Assembly (NCBI GenBank): GCA_965197745.1
Contig: CBDANS010000007.1
Coordinates: 1,472,001-1,536,000, forward strand
DNA length: 64,000 nucleotides
Source: Opitutales bacterium
GTDB lineage: Bacteria > Verrucomicrobiota > Verrucomicrobiia > Opitutales > PNEW01
Direction of reading: 5' to 3'
The position numbers and the translations under genes were made by a program. The notes under the pieces were generated by a model. That model saw nothing but the letters and a program-made list of their open reading frames with translations, had not been told where the DNA came from and made no database searches. Below are positions 9,697 to 20,554 of the stretch, piece after piece; positions within the stretch are counted from its first letter, which is position 1; every line of letters starts with the position of its first letter.

Positions 9697-11277
9697 TCAT
9701 CTTGTATGCGGATAGAAATTCATCGTAGATAGGTAACAAGTACACCAAATCTGCTTTACACATAAACAGAAAAACTCGTAATAAATGAAATGGACTTCCG
9801 TGTTGTGTTGTAACCAGAATGTAGCGGGTATGGCGATGGCAGTACCTATAACCCATCCAGGATAGGTAACAATCATGTTTACACATAAACAGAAAAACTC
9901 GTAATAAATGAAATGGACTTCCGTGTTGTGTTGTAACCAGAATGTAGCGGGTATGGCGATGGCAGTACCTATAACCCATCCCAGAAAATTTGCACGCTGA
10001 GTGAAAATACCAAGTAGAAAAAGGCCAAGAATTGGTCCCCCAAAAAGGCTCATGAGAGTGCCGGCAGCTTTTATAATTTCTCCTATTGTTGTAACATAAC
10101 AGGCAACAATTACCGCTAATGCTCCCAAGACAAAAGTAAGAATACGCGCTAACTGTACGTCTTGATGTTCAGTCCTGGCTTTGCGGCGCAATGGTTTAAC
10201 AAAATCGTTAACGATGACCGTAGAGACTGAATTTATCCCTGAATCCATACTTGACATCGCGGCCGCAAAGATGGCTGTGATGAGGAGTCCGGATACCCCG
10301 TCAGGAAGATTCTGCATAATGTAAAAAGGCAGCACTCTATCTCCTTTCATTTCCAGGGAGGCTTGCTCGGGAAAATGGTGATAAAAAGCGAACATGCCGA
10401 TTCCGATAAATATTAAAAGGCCGACTATGATAAAATCGATGAATGAGTTAACTACCGTAGCCTTTACCATCCCGCTGAATTTCTTTGTCGCTAAAAGCCT
10501 TTGCACCGTAACCTGGTCAATCCCGTAGTTGAGAAAAAACCCAATGAAAGTAGTGAAAGCAACGGCCGTAGCACTCATCTCAAAAATGCTGATTTTCCAG
10601 GTGAATACATTCAAATGGTTTGTTTCGCTGGCGATAGCAATAATACCAGACCACCCATCGGGAACGGAATTAAGTAAACTTACAAACACCCAAAATGCCC
10701 CGACCACAAGGATGATGAATTGAATAGCATCAGTCCACAGAACAGCGGACAGGCCACCGAGAACCGTATAGGTGGTGGCGAGAACGCCCATGAGAAGAAT
10801 TGCGAGATAAAGGTCAACCCCGGTCGCTACCGATAAGGCAAGAGAGGGGGAGTAGATGACAATGCCAAGCCAGGATAAACGCAGCAGCACAAACAATCCC
10901 GATACGGCATAGCGACCGGGTCTCCCGTAGCGAAACCCTATGTATTCGTAAGTAGTGGTTACGCGGAGCCGTCGATAAAAAGGATAAAAAAGATAGATAA
11001 AAAAGGGAGCGGCCAGAACACTAACAATCCCAATAGCAATTTGAGAAATATTTTCTCGATAAACGAGCCCCGGCATTCCGATAAAGATAGAGGCGCTCGT
11101 AAGCGAGGCGAACATACTCATGGCAACGATAATCCATGGCATTTTTCGACCCGCGAGGAAGTAGTCTTCTGTCGTCTTCTGCTTTCCAGCCAGCCATAAC
11201 CCGATACTAAACATTACAGCCAGATAAACAGCACATATAGTGTAATTAAAAACGCTGAATGAGGGTAATTCTTCCAT
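9697..11277 (-). CDS. Sodium:solute symporter (SSS family), C-terminus disturbed by a tandem duplication
   Basis: Motifs EDYFLAGR, YTVLGGLSAVLWTDAIQ, DQVTVQRLL and AIFAAAMSSMDSGINS. The segment GWVIGTAIAIPATFWLQHNTEVHFIYYEFFCLCV occurs twice. Confidence 0.88.
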   Translation of the reverse strand: MEELPSFSVFNYTICAVYLAVMFSIGLWLAGKQKTTEDYFLAGRKMPWIIVAMSMFASLTSASIFIGMPGLVYRENISQIAIGIVSVLAAPFFIYLFYPFYRRLRVTTTYEYIGFRYGRPGRYAVSGLFVLLRLSWLGIVIYSPSLALSVATGVDLYLAILLMGVLATTYTVLGGLSAVLWTDAIQFIILVVGAFWVFVSLLNSVPDGWSGIIAIASETNHLNVFTWKISIFEMSATAVAFTTFIGFFLNYGIDQVTVQRLLATKKFSGMVKATVVNSFIDFIIVGLLIFIGIGMFAFYHHFPEQASLEMKGDRVLPFYIMQNLPDGVSGLLITAIFAAAMSSMDSGINSVSTVIVNDFVKPLRRKARTEHQDVQLARILTFVLGALAVIVACYVTTIGEIIKAAGTLMSLFGGPILGLFLLGIFTQRANFLGWVIGTAIAIPATFWLQHNTEVHFIYYEFFCLCVNMIVTYPGWVIGTAIAIPATFWLQHNTEVHFIYYEFFCLCVKQIWCTCYLSTMNFYPHTR

Positions 11278-11311
11278 CTATTTATTTAGATTAAAATTAC
11301 CCGTTTTCGCG

Positions 11312-11605
11312 TGGAGTGACCCCAAAAAATCGTATCATTTACAGAGAGAGGTTATCGGGATAAACGGATAACCTCAATGAAAAGAAAAATATACACAACA
11401 GAACAGATAATTGCAATACTGCGACAAACCGATAGCGGTAAGACCGTGCAGGAAGTCTGCCGTGGGAACAACCTAAGTGAACAGACTTTTTATCGCTGGC
11501 GTAAAAAGTATGGTAACCTGGAGCTGGCCGATGCAAAGCGATTTAAAGAGCTGGAAAAAGAAAATACCGAGCTAAAGAAACTGCTCGCTGAGCAAATGCT
11601 CAAGA
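11312..11605 (+). mobile_element. Truncated IS3-family element (left end plus OrfA only)
   Basis: TGGAGTGACCCC left end; OrfA MKRKIYTTEQIIAILRQ...SEQTFYRWRKKYG...LEKEN..LKKLLAE. No OrfB follows. Confidence 0.8.
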
Positions 11606-12029
11606 AGCCTTTGTTATGTAATTCAACTCTCCAATATATAACTAACTATTAATTAACACTATATATTAATTATTAAATACTTATGAATCAGTATTTCTCA
11701 TAATCCTCGAGAAATTAAATAGTCGAATATAGCGTGGAATAGCGAATATTGGGGAGCATTGGGGAAGCGGGTATCACCATATCTTATTGTTTATTTTTAA
11801 CTACACCTACCTCTTACACTCATAAGTTTGCTCTTAAAATTAAGAAGATGCAACTACCAGTTCAATTCATAGATGATCGAATCTAAGATTTTACAAACAC
11901 AATTCTGACTCTAAATCCAGAAACCCATAAATTTAGCTCATTGATTGTGACAACGATTGCTGCCCCTATTTTAATCCTATCGTCGAATCACTCATTGCAC
12001 CGTCATTAACCGACTGCCGCACGAATCTC

Positions 12030-12484
12030 AAAGTCTCTCACCTTCGCTGTAAACTATTTTTAGGGCATTACAAAGAAGTTGCTGAGACAATGACGGTCGA
12101 AGAGGCCGTCGGTGAGTATTGCGATCATAAATCTAAGGAAATGGAGCGTGGGATCATCTCATTTTGCCAGGAGCAGGGGATCACTCGTGAGATGAAAAAA
12201 TTAAAGGGTAATTTCGCGGGACGGATTGTTAATGAAATTCAACCGGAAGAGCTTAAGACGTACCTCGACACACGACACCATCGCTCAAAAGCAGTGCTCT
12301 CCCTTAAAACCTGGAATAACCGCCGTGGATACCTAAGCACTTTCTTCATATACTGCGTGTCGAAAAAATATGTGGGAGAAAACCCGAATCTGGAAGTTCC
12401 CCAGTATAAAATAAAGCACCGCAGGGGTACAGCAGAGTTTCTCTCTGCTGATGAAGCAGCCGAGCTGATGGAGTGGCTGGAAAC
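12030..12484 (+). pseudogene. Tyrosine integrase fragment (core-binding region), cut by IS3
   Basis: TVEEAVGEY...EIQPEELKTYL...SLKTWNNRRGYLSTFF.YCV.KKY..ENP...EFLSADEAAELM. It ends at the IS left end, before any catalytic R-H-R-Y residues. Confidence 0.7.
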
Positions 12485-13801
12485 TGGTCGTGACCACGAA
12501 AACTGGTACACTTGAAAAGTTAGTCTGGGTAACCTAGAAAGGACTCAGACAATGAAAGGCAAAAGATACACAACTGAAGAGAAAATACGGATGCTGCGGC
12601 AGGCGGACAAAGGGAAAACGATCCTGGAAGCATGCCGCGAGAACAACATTAGCGAACAGACTTTCCACCGCTGGAAGCGTGAGTTTGGGATGATTGATGT
12701 CGACCAGGCCAAGCGGATGAAGGAACTCGAGAAGGAGAACGCGCGGTTAAAACGGATGCTGGCGGACAAGATGCTGGGGATAGAGATCCTGCAGGAGACC
12801 CTCGAAAAAAAACTGTAAGCCCTGGGCACAAGCGGCAAGTGGCAGAGAGACTTGTGGCTCGGGGCCAGTGTTCGATGCGAGCGGGGTGCCGGTACTTTCG
12901 GCTGCACCGTTCCACCTATGCGTATAAGGCGAAGCATCCGGATGCTTGGTTAATGAAACTGAAGGCGGCAGTAAGGCGGTTATCACGGCAATATGCCAGG
13001 TGGGGCTATCCGAAGATCACGAAGCTGTTGAAAGACGAAGGCTGGGAGGTGGGTAAACGTCTCGTGCAAGGTCTACGACGCGAACTGGGCTTGGCGATCC
13101 CCCAACGCAAGCCAAGACGTCGGGGCAGGGGTGTTTCCACCGGGCTGCCGACCAAGGCCGAACATCCCGGCCATGTTTGGACCTGGGATTTTATCCACGA
13201 TAAGACGGTCCGCGGTGGCAGTTTAAAAATGTTGACCGTGCTCGATGAGTACACCCGCGAGTGTCGAGTGATCCATGTTGATCGCCATATCAATGCGGAA
13301 ACGGTGCGCGGTATCATGCAAAAACTGCTTGCCCGTCATGGGCCGCCAAAATATATTCGCAGTGACAACGGTTCCGTTCCGAGGAGCGAAGCGACGACAT
13401 GCAAAGCCATTCATTGAAAAGGAATTGAGAGCCTGGCTAACTGCGATGAAAATCAAAACCCTCTATATCGAACCAGGAAGCCCTTGGCAGAACGGATACA
13501 TCGAATCGTTGCATGCCCGTTTTCGCGAGGAGTGTTTAAACCGTGAACAGCTATGGACTTTGACCGAAGCCCGCGTGGTGATCGAGGACTGGCGCTGGCT
13601 TTACAATAATGTCCGACCCCACCGCAGCCTCGGCAATATCACCCCACGGTGCTTCGCTGAAGACATTAATACCGAAGGCTTGGGCTCCATTCGGGCTACG
13701 CCCTCATTGCGCCCAAGCCTTGACTTCCTCTACCAACTTAACTTCAACATTAACCTCTCCAGACTAACTCTCTCGGTGGACCAGTTTACGTAACCCGATC
13801 A
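12485..13801 (+). mobile_element. IS3-family insertion sequence, OrfB disrupted
   Basis: IRL tggtcgtgaccacgaaaactggtacac and IRR (reverse complement) tgatcgggttacgtaaactggtccac. OrfA is 12552-12818 with an A-run slippery site at its end. OrfB DDE motifs are WTWDF, RSDNGS and PGSPWQNGYIES. An insertion at ~13377-13408 shifts the frame, and there is no target duplication. Confidence 0.9.
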
Positions 13802-14147
13802 GGGGTCTGGCACACCCCGTTTCCATTACACCCCAAGGTGTCATACCGAAGCTGATCCAATCCTATCCAAAGAATATTCGGTCTCATTTCGTAATGCCGC
13901 ACATCAGCGCGTTTTAAGTGTTGGGTAAGAAGGGTTCAGGGTGGAAGATGTCGGGCTACGCCCTCGGTACAGGGTTCAGGGTTGTAAGAGGTTTTTTCCG
14001 TTAGGATAAATCCGAATTCCGATATCGGCAATCATTATAATCCGCAATTGACAGACTCCATTTGCCATATCACATCGAGGTTGGATAAAGTTGATTACGA
14101 GAAAACATCCCCGCCAAATGTTCTCGAATAAATACGATCTGTGTGCT

Positions 14148-15311
14148 TTACGACAACGCATCTTCGCCATCGGTCAACCACTCAAGGTTAAAACGCGCAA
14201 ACACGGTGTCTCCGCTGTACGCATTTATCCCACCTTCTCCTCCTTTTTCATACAGGCAGCAGATCGTCCCGTCTTGAGCGATGCAGAGGTCGGAGTATGA
14301 AGCGCCTTTTTTGTAGATGACTTTGGAAATGGGCCAGGTGCGGCACTCGTCGTAGCTTAGACGAACAGTGAGGTGATGCCGTTCTCCCTCTTTTTCATTT
14401 CCCGGATTTGAAAAGAGAACGCGATTCCTCCCCCTCCCTTTAGGACTGTCAGACTCGAGCGTATAACGACACACGCTTGCCTGGCAGATTGGTTCCGGCA
14501 GGCCGCCATCCCGGACGAGTGATGAAAACCATTCCCCGTTATCGTGGCTCCACCCGATTCGTCGGTGGTAGCTGAATCCTGGACCGAAAGCCTTCCGAGC
14601 CGGCCCCTCCGCCTCTCTGAAAAACTGATTACGGGAATTGATATAGAGCCATCCGTCGGCAGTCTCCAGAATCATTGACTCGTTGGCGCCCCTGTCGGTG
14701 CTGCCGCCGATTTTCCAATGAGCCCCGTGATCATCGCTGTAGATGACATGTGAATAGTCCCAATCTATCTTTGAATCTTCATGCACCATTTCGGTGTGAT
14801 CGCATGCGACTATCAATCGGCCAGATTTCAGTTGTATGCCGTGACCGGGTCCGGTTGCGTACCACGACCACTTATCGCGTTTCACGTCTCCTGTGATCTC
14901 CTTCGGCTTCGCCCAGATTGCACCGTCATCGTCACTCGACGTCACCCAGATCTGTCGAGGCGCTTTGCCCTGCAAGATAAGATCCTGTCCTCGAGGTGAT
15001 CCAGCTTTATCCTGCAGGTTCCTGCAAAAGAGCAGCCAGACAATCCCAGTATTTCTATCCTGAACCGGAGAGGGATTGCCGCTCACCCACCCATCCAGGG
15101 AAGCGATAACCTGGACATCTTCAAAGCTCTTACCGTCATCGAAACTCCGACGAAGAAAGAGATCAATCTGATCCGAATCTCGTCCCGTAAACTTTCGTGC
15201 TTCGTTGAAGGCGAGGATCGTCCCTTTGTTGGTCGTAATTAAGGCAGGGATTCTACACTCTTGATAGCCTCGGTCGCCGGCAGTATACAGGTTGTTTTCT
15301 TCAAAAAACAC
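14148..15311 (-). CDS. Sialidase-like BNR/Asp-box glycoside hydrolase (GH33-like)
   Basis: RIP motif (ECRIPAL), NPSPV, TGPGHGIQL, and Asp boxes SFDDGKSF, SDDDGAIW, SDDHGAHW and SYDECRTW, plus ASYSDL. Confidence 0.85.
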   Translation of the reverse strand: MFFEENNLYTAGDRGYQECRIPALITTNKGTILAFNEARKFTGRDSDQIDLFLRRSFDDGKSFEDVQVIASLDGWVSGNPSPVQDRNTGIVWLLFCRNLQDKAGSPRGQDLILQGKAPRQIWVTSSDDDGAIWAKPKEITGDVKRDKWSWYATGPGHGIQLKSGRLIVACDHTEMVHEDSKIDWDYSHVIYSDDHGAHWKIGGSTDRGANESMILETADGWLYINSRNQFFREAEGPARKAFGPGFSYHRRIGWSHDNGEWFSSLVRDGGLPEPICQASVCRYTLESDSPKGRGRNRVLFSNPGNEKEGERHHLTVRLSYDECRTWPISKVIYKKGASYSDLCIAQDGTICCLYEKGGEGGINAYSGDTVFARFNLEWLTDGEDALS

Positions 15312-15407
15312 GTCTTCTCCTCAACGGTGTAATTTAGCGTCAATCCCATAATTGACTTTCCGACTTGATTAACAAGTAAATAATCCATTTGAATATTAAG
15401 GTCCTGA

Positions 15408-15549
15408 ATGGCACATCCGAATTTTCTTTGGCTTAATACCCACGATGTAAGCGCTGATAGCCTGGGGTGCTACGGGAATACATACGCGACAACACCTCAC
15501 ATTGATAAGCTTGCGAGGGAAGGGATTCGATACACCAGCGCGTTCGCTT
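15408..15549 (+). pseudogene. Sulfatase N-terminal fragment
   Basis: [44 protein letters not shown] stops just before the expected CxPxR motif. Confidence 0.8.
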
Positions 15550-16543
15550 GTGCGATCTCATCCTGGATTGCGAAGACGTTCTTTAGCTCTCGATCGTATT
15601 TCTTGGACCAAAGATGAATATCATCGGCAACATCGATAAGCTGAGCTGTGATCCTGATGGTATTTCCCAATTTTCGCACACTCCCTTCGAGCACAGTGCC
15701 AACGTTGAGTTGTTCGCCAATCGTGGTTATAGCCGCATCCCTAAAACGGAACGAAGAGGTACGCGAGGCTACACGCAACCCTTCGATTTGGGCGAGAGCG
15801 TTCAGGATTTCTTCAGCTATCCCCTCACAAAAGTATTCCTGATCTTTTTCCGGACTCATGTCGCGGAAGGGGAGCACTGCGATAGAGGGGATTTCTGTAG
15901 GAGGCAAGGATATCGATTCCTGAAAAAACTGACGCCATACGATAAATGCGATTGCTGCGACAACCAACACTACGAAAGATGTCCATACCAATCGCTTGGA
16001 TGGTTTATCTTTTACCGTGGAAGTTTTCTCCTCATCCCAACGCACCGCGTAAACGCGGACGGGTTCGGCAATATTTTTAACGCTGTGTTCACCTTGATTG
16101 TCAAAAGAATATGGGAGCTTGTTAACTACATGGTCATAGACCGTGCCTGAGACACAGATACCTCCACCTTCAGCGAGACTCTCTACTCGTGCCGCCACAT
16201 TGACCCCGTCACCGTATATGCGATCGCCATCAACGATCACATCACCGAGATTAATACCGATGCGGTAGTGCATCCGGCGATCCTCCGGAATTCCCGCATT
16301 GCGAGCCATTAGCTCTCCCTGTATCACAACCGCACATCTGATCGCGCTCACCGCACTGGTAAATTCAGCGAGAAGATTGTCGCCGGGAGAATCAATCACC
16401 CGACCCTGATGCTCTTCAATATGCCGACTCATCGCTTCACGATAAGTGTTGAGAGTCTTCACCGTCGCCTCCTCGTCCTCACCCATGAGACGGCTGTAAC
16501 CCTCGACGTCAGCACTGAGAATGGCCGTTAGCTTGCGTTCCAT
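15497..16543 (-). pseudogene. Class III adenylate/guanylate cyclase + TM + TolB-like domain, C-terminally truncated
   Basis: [42 protein letters not shown], a TM helix, SIAVLPF, LEGSVR and VFAIQDEIA. The usual TPR tail is replaced by antisense sulfatase sequence. Confidence 0.8.
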
Positions 16544-16691
16544 GACTGATTGTTTCCGCTTAGTGTGCTATCTGCACGATTCAGATCAGACTATTACTTC
16601 ATCGTTTTATCTTTCAATCAGCATTAAATGAGGGATGTCAGGCTATGCCCTTGTATGTTACTCCGTGATTTGTTTAAGGGTAAAAGAAGGT

Positions 16692-16752
16692 GGGGGTATA
16701 AAAATACACATCCCATTCAATCGATAATCCATTAATCTGTATGTGGCGGAGG
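16692..16752 (+). repeat. 61-bp direct repeat (G-rich motif family) on the 3' side of Ig copy 1
   Basis: gggggtataaaaatacacatcccattcaatcgataatccattaatctgtatgtggcggagg has 3 mismatches to 19247-19307. Confidence 0.85.
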
Positions 16753-16790
16753 TGATTTTTCCGCGAGGGAACACAATACCCCTTGAAGGA

Positions 16791-19073
16791 TTACTCTATC
16801 GTCATCTCTTCAGTGTCGACAATGATTTCATCACCATCTTCGTTAGCGAAGGTTGCAACAATACTCCGCGTGGGTTGAGGGGTGTTGTCTGACTTGAAGT
16901 TATTCTGCGTGGTCAGCATTTCAAATCCGGGGGTCGTCGATCCACTCTCCGCGACTACAATCGATGCTCCGTTCGTCTGTGCCAGGTCTCCTCCGGTGAT
17001 CCGCAACCCAGGGTTACCGGCTGCTACCGTAAAGGACCCTTCACCAAATAACAGGTGCGGCACTGCATCGCCATCAGCATCAATGTCACCTACAGTTAAG
17101 CGTACCGCTATCGGTACCCCCCGTGCATCAATCCCTATGTTCCCTGTACTCCTACTAAAGACGGCGTTTGATAACTGCATTCCTCCCATCCCCGTGGAGT
17201 TGATCACCTGTACCAGGGTCACATCTGCCTGCGCACCGTACTCTTGTCCCTCAGGGAACAAGGCCTGGTTCACCGCATTGATCTTTCCTACCGTGAAGAT
17301 ACTAAAATAGGTCGTTTCATCGGCTCCCTCGATCACCACGCTCGGTTTGCCTGTAACATACGCTACCCCTGACTGATTATACCGTGGGGGAGCCTTCGCT
17401 GCTAAATATGTACTCGAATCCAAGGTCACCGTAAAGGTCCCAGCTCCAGAGTACTCCACTTGTACGATGTCTTCATCTTCGTCCATAAACGATACCCGGG
17501 TGATGTGCCCAGTCTTCGCCTGTAACTTGATGCTCTCTCCCGTTAATAATACTTGATCAAATATATTTCCATTGGGGTGTTGAATGTCCTCCCCAGCTAT
17601 CGAGCCTGAACCCGTTAGGACTAACGGTACTGTGACCGTGACCGCCGCGGTGTCACTATCTGCTGTACCTCCGTCATTAGTCACTTGTACCCAGAAGTTA
17701 GTAATCGCCCCTAATCCCCCCGTGGTCATCGTACTCTCAGTTGCTCCCTCGACCGGCCAATTGGTGTCGGGATGTATCCCTCCATACCACTGGTAGGTTA
17801 GATCATCTCCACTCGCCTCGACGCTTAATGTTACCGGGTGACCCGTTGCTACTGACTGACTTACCGGTTGCGTCGTGATCTCAGGGGCTGGGACTGCCGG
17901 GGTCGTTGGAGTCGCAGTCGACCCCGTACCAGGTGCTCCAATCGGGGTGAAACCAAAATCATCGATACCGTTACGGGTATAAATATTAGCGTTCACATCT
18001 TCTTCATCACTATAAACAATCTTCCCAATGCCTCCGGGTGCTCCCAATTCATCTGCGTTAAAGGTAAGAAAAGCAGGTTTATATAGTGGATCAACAGTCG
18101 ACTCTAAATTTGTTACGGTCACGAGCAGGTTATCATTAGTATCGAAGACTTCAACTGTGCAATCGATATCTGTCTGATCCCTTATAGGTTGACAATTTGC
18201 ATAAAAATCCACCTCATAAGCCGGAGTTTCAAAGGTGATGGTGAATCCCCCCCCTCCAGCCTCTACAATAAAAGATTGGTTAAAAGAATGGTTTGATGGG
18301 CCGGATGCTTCAGCTATTTGGGCACTAGATGGGCCGCCACCACTAGCCCTAATACCACCTCCAGTACCACCAGTACTGGTAAAAGTAGCGGTATTAGGAG
18401 AAACCCCAATAGAAAAAGGTTCCAGTCTACCATCACCTACCCCAAATCCTTCATCCGACTCAAAGCGGGTATAGACCGTATTATTGACAGGCTTATCGGT
18501 GGGTGTGTAGCCAAGATCATCTATGGACAATTTACCTGTAACATTGAAAATCTTTACTTCTTTTATACCTTCAATGAATTCCAGATCAGTTCCATCAAGA
18601 AAATTGCCACTGTCAGCAATAAAGCTTTGTAAGGCCGAGTTGATGTTAGCCGGTAGTCCGGTAACTTCGCCATGATCTCCTATCACTGTTATAACTTCAC
18701 CAAATCCGCCGGCGGCTTCTCCCCCGATGTTTTTATCTCCTTTGACCTCGATTTTGCCACCCCCTGTTGATTCGGCCGCGTAAAATTCTAAGGTATGAAT
18801 CCCGCGGGGGCTTATTATTTTTCCCTCTTGACCAGGCCCAAGTGTTAACGCTTTCGTTCCGGAGTGTAAGAGCGCAGGATCATCGAGAGTTTCTACCGTG
18901 AATCCGATGAGTGTTACCACGTTTGGCTCTTGACCGATATAGATCGTACCTTCTCCACTAACACTTTCAAAGTCAGTGAATATTTCCAGGTCTTGCGGAA
19001 GAGCCAACAGGTGCACCGGTAAATAGAGAAAAAGAATCAGAATCGAAATTAATTCTATAGGCTGTCTTTTCAC
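16791..19073 (-). CDS. Secreted Ig-domain surface protein, copy 1
   Basis: Signal peptide ending ...LLA-LPQ; two related domains (FTDFE...IDDLGY and YTRFE...IDDFGF); Pro/Thr linker; Ig domain (ITTQP...LSVEASG..LTYQWY); conserved C-terminal domain. GTG19073 is preferred over TTG19112 by alignment with the paralogs. Confidence 0.85.
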   Translation of the reverse strand: MKRQPIELISILILFLYLPVHLLALPQDLEIFTDFESVSGEGTIYIGQEPNVVTLIGFTVETLDDPALLHSGTKALTLGPGQEGKIISPRGIHTLEFYAAESTGGGKIEVKGDKNIGGEAAGGFGEVITVIGDHGEVTGLPANINSALQSFIADSGNFLDGTDLEFIEGIKEVKIFNVTGKLSIDDLGYTPTDKPVNNTVYTRFESDEGFGVGDGRLEPFSIGVSPNTATFTSTGGTGGGIRASGGGPSSAQIAEASGPSNHSFNQSFIVEAGGGGFTITFETPAYEVDFYANCQPIRDQTDIDCTVEVFDTNDNLLVTVTNLESTVDPLYKPAFLTFNADELGAPGGIGKIVYSDEEDVNANIYTRNGIDDFGFTPIGAPGTGSTATPTTPAVPAPEITTQPVSQSVATGHPVTLSVEASGDDLTYQWYGGIHPDTNWPVEGATESTMTTGGLGAITNFWVQVTNDGGTADSDTAAVTVTVPLVLTGSGSIAGEDIQHPNGNIFDQVLLTGESIKLQAKTGHITRVSFMDEDEDIVQVEYSGAGTFTVTLDSSTYLAAKAPPRYNQSGVAYVTGKPSVVIEGADETTYFSIFTVGKINAVNQALFPEGQEYGAQADVTLVQVINSTGMGGMQLSNAVFSRSTGNIGIDARGVPIAVRLTVGDIDADGDAVPHLLFGEGSFTVAAGNPGLRITGGDLAQTNGASIVVAESGSTTPGFEMLTTQNNFKSDNTPQPTRSIVATFANEDGDEIIVDTEEMTIE

Positions 19074-19246
19074 GCTGTTATAACAATTAAAGCAATGCCA
19101 GAGATTTTTCAAAACAACTTATTATTTATAAGAGTTTATAAAGCATAATTGTTTTGAAATATACTAAAAGACAACATATCCATCGATATCCAAGGATAAC
19201 GCTGACTGAAATTAATTACTTTTCCCCTGATAATTTAGGGGGCGGG

Positions 19247-19307
19247 GGGGGTATAAAAATACACATCCCATTCAATCGATATTCCATTAATCTGTATGCA
19301 GCGGAGG
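19247..19307 (+). repeat. 61-bp direct repeat (G-rich motif family) on the 5' side of Ig copy 1
   Basis: Partner of 16692-16752. Confidence 0.85.
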
Positions 19308-19702
19308 GGGGGTTCCCCACACAGATTAATTAGATATTCTAAAGATCAAGCCTTATTAAATCTTCGACGCTTTCGTTTTTGTTTAGTAGTGGGAAGCATC
19401 GGTGTTAATAAATTCTCATAAAGCTGGAAGAGATATTCGATGCGCTGACGTTCGCTTGTGAATGGGTTACGTCGATAACAGGCGGTCGGTTGCACGGTCA
19501 AGATTGTGGTGAGCCCTAAGAAGACCGGAAAACCAGAAAGCCAGACATCCAGAAGGCTGGTAATCTAGAAGGCCAGAGAGCCTGAAAGTCTGCCTGCCCT
19601 GAGCTTAGTCGAAGGGAACCTTCTTCCCCTTTTTACCTTTTGACTTTTTGACTTTTTGACTCTAATCAATCCGCAATCGACAATCTGAAATCTGAAATCG
19701 AT

Positions 19703-20554
19703 ATGTCTCAGCGTTTTGAATCCAACTACCCACTCGATCCCGAACAGATTAAGGAATGGGTGGACACCTTTAACCGCCAGGGGGTTCTTTTCCTGGAAAA
19801 TGTTCTGACCGAGGATCATGTAGCCCAGTTGAAAGCTGATCTCGACTGGTCAATTGACAATATCACTTCAGTCGACGACGACCCCTATGGCAAACTCAGC
19901 AGTCGAAATTCAGTAAAAAATATCTGCCTCTGCCATCGAATGTTTGAACATAGTCCGGCCAACCTTAACCTCTTCGACCTCGAGCCTATTGTCAGCTTTG
20001 CTGAAGCCTTGGTTGCTACCAACAGCCATGTCATTCACAACAACTCATGCCATGTCATTAACAACAACTCATTTGTCACATATCCGGGTGGTGGTATCAC
20101 AAGCTGGCACCAGGATGATCCTCCACATATGATCGTTACCGATGGAGAACCGCCAACGAATATTCAGCTGCCTGTTCTCGCTTTTACCTGCAATTACTAT
20201 TTAACAGATGTCACTGAAGTTGAACAAGGCGGGACTGAAGTCATTCCCGGTTCTCACCTCTTTGGCGCTGATGCGCGCAAGGCTGATTTCAATGGAGAAT
20301 GGAAGGACAAAATTCACTATAACTTGGGTAAAGCCGGAAGCGTGATCATGTTCAACAACCAGGTCTGGCACCGTGGAGGCCCCAATCGCACCAATAGAAA
20401 ACGTTATATTACCCTAATTACATACGCCCGCCGCTTTATCGGACACAAATATTTTCCCTTCATGAATTACACTATGCCCGAGCATGTCTACAAGGACGCG
20501 AATCCTCGGCTCAAACGCCTGCTCGGCTTCCTCGAACACGGCGCTTACGGGTAG
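19703..20554 (+). CDS. Phytanoyl-CoA dioxygenase (PhyH) family 2OG-Fe(II) oxygenase
   Basis: WHQD, GGTEVIPGSHL and GSVIMFNNQVWHRG motifs; contains a 24-bp tandem duplication at 20025-20072. Confidence 0.88.
   Translation: MSQRFESNYPLDPEQIKEWVDTFNRQGVLFLENVLTEDHVAQLKADLDWSIDNITSVDDDPYGKLSSRNSVKNICLCHRMFEHSPANLNLFDLEPIVSFAEALVATNSHVIHNNSCHVINNNSFVTYPGGGITSWHQDDPPHMIVTDGEPPTNIQLPVLAFTCNYYLTDVTEVEQGGTEVIPGSHLFGADARKADFNGEWKDKIHYNLGKAGSVIMFNNQVWHRGGPNRTNRKRYITLITYARRFIGHKYFPFMNYTMPEHVYKDANPRLKRLLGFLEHGAYG

Noticed and set aside
3410..19307. Intact prophage or phage satellite
   Set aside because: There are no terminase, capsid, primase or intact integrase genes, only att-like scars and an integrase fragment.
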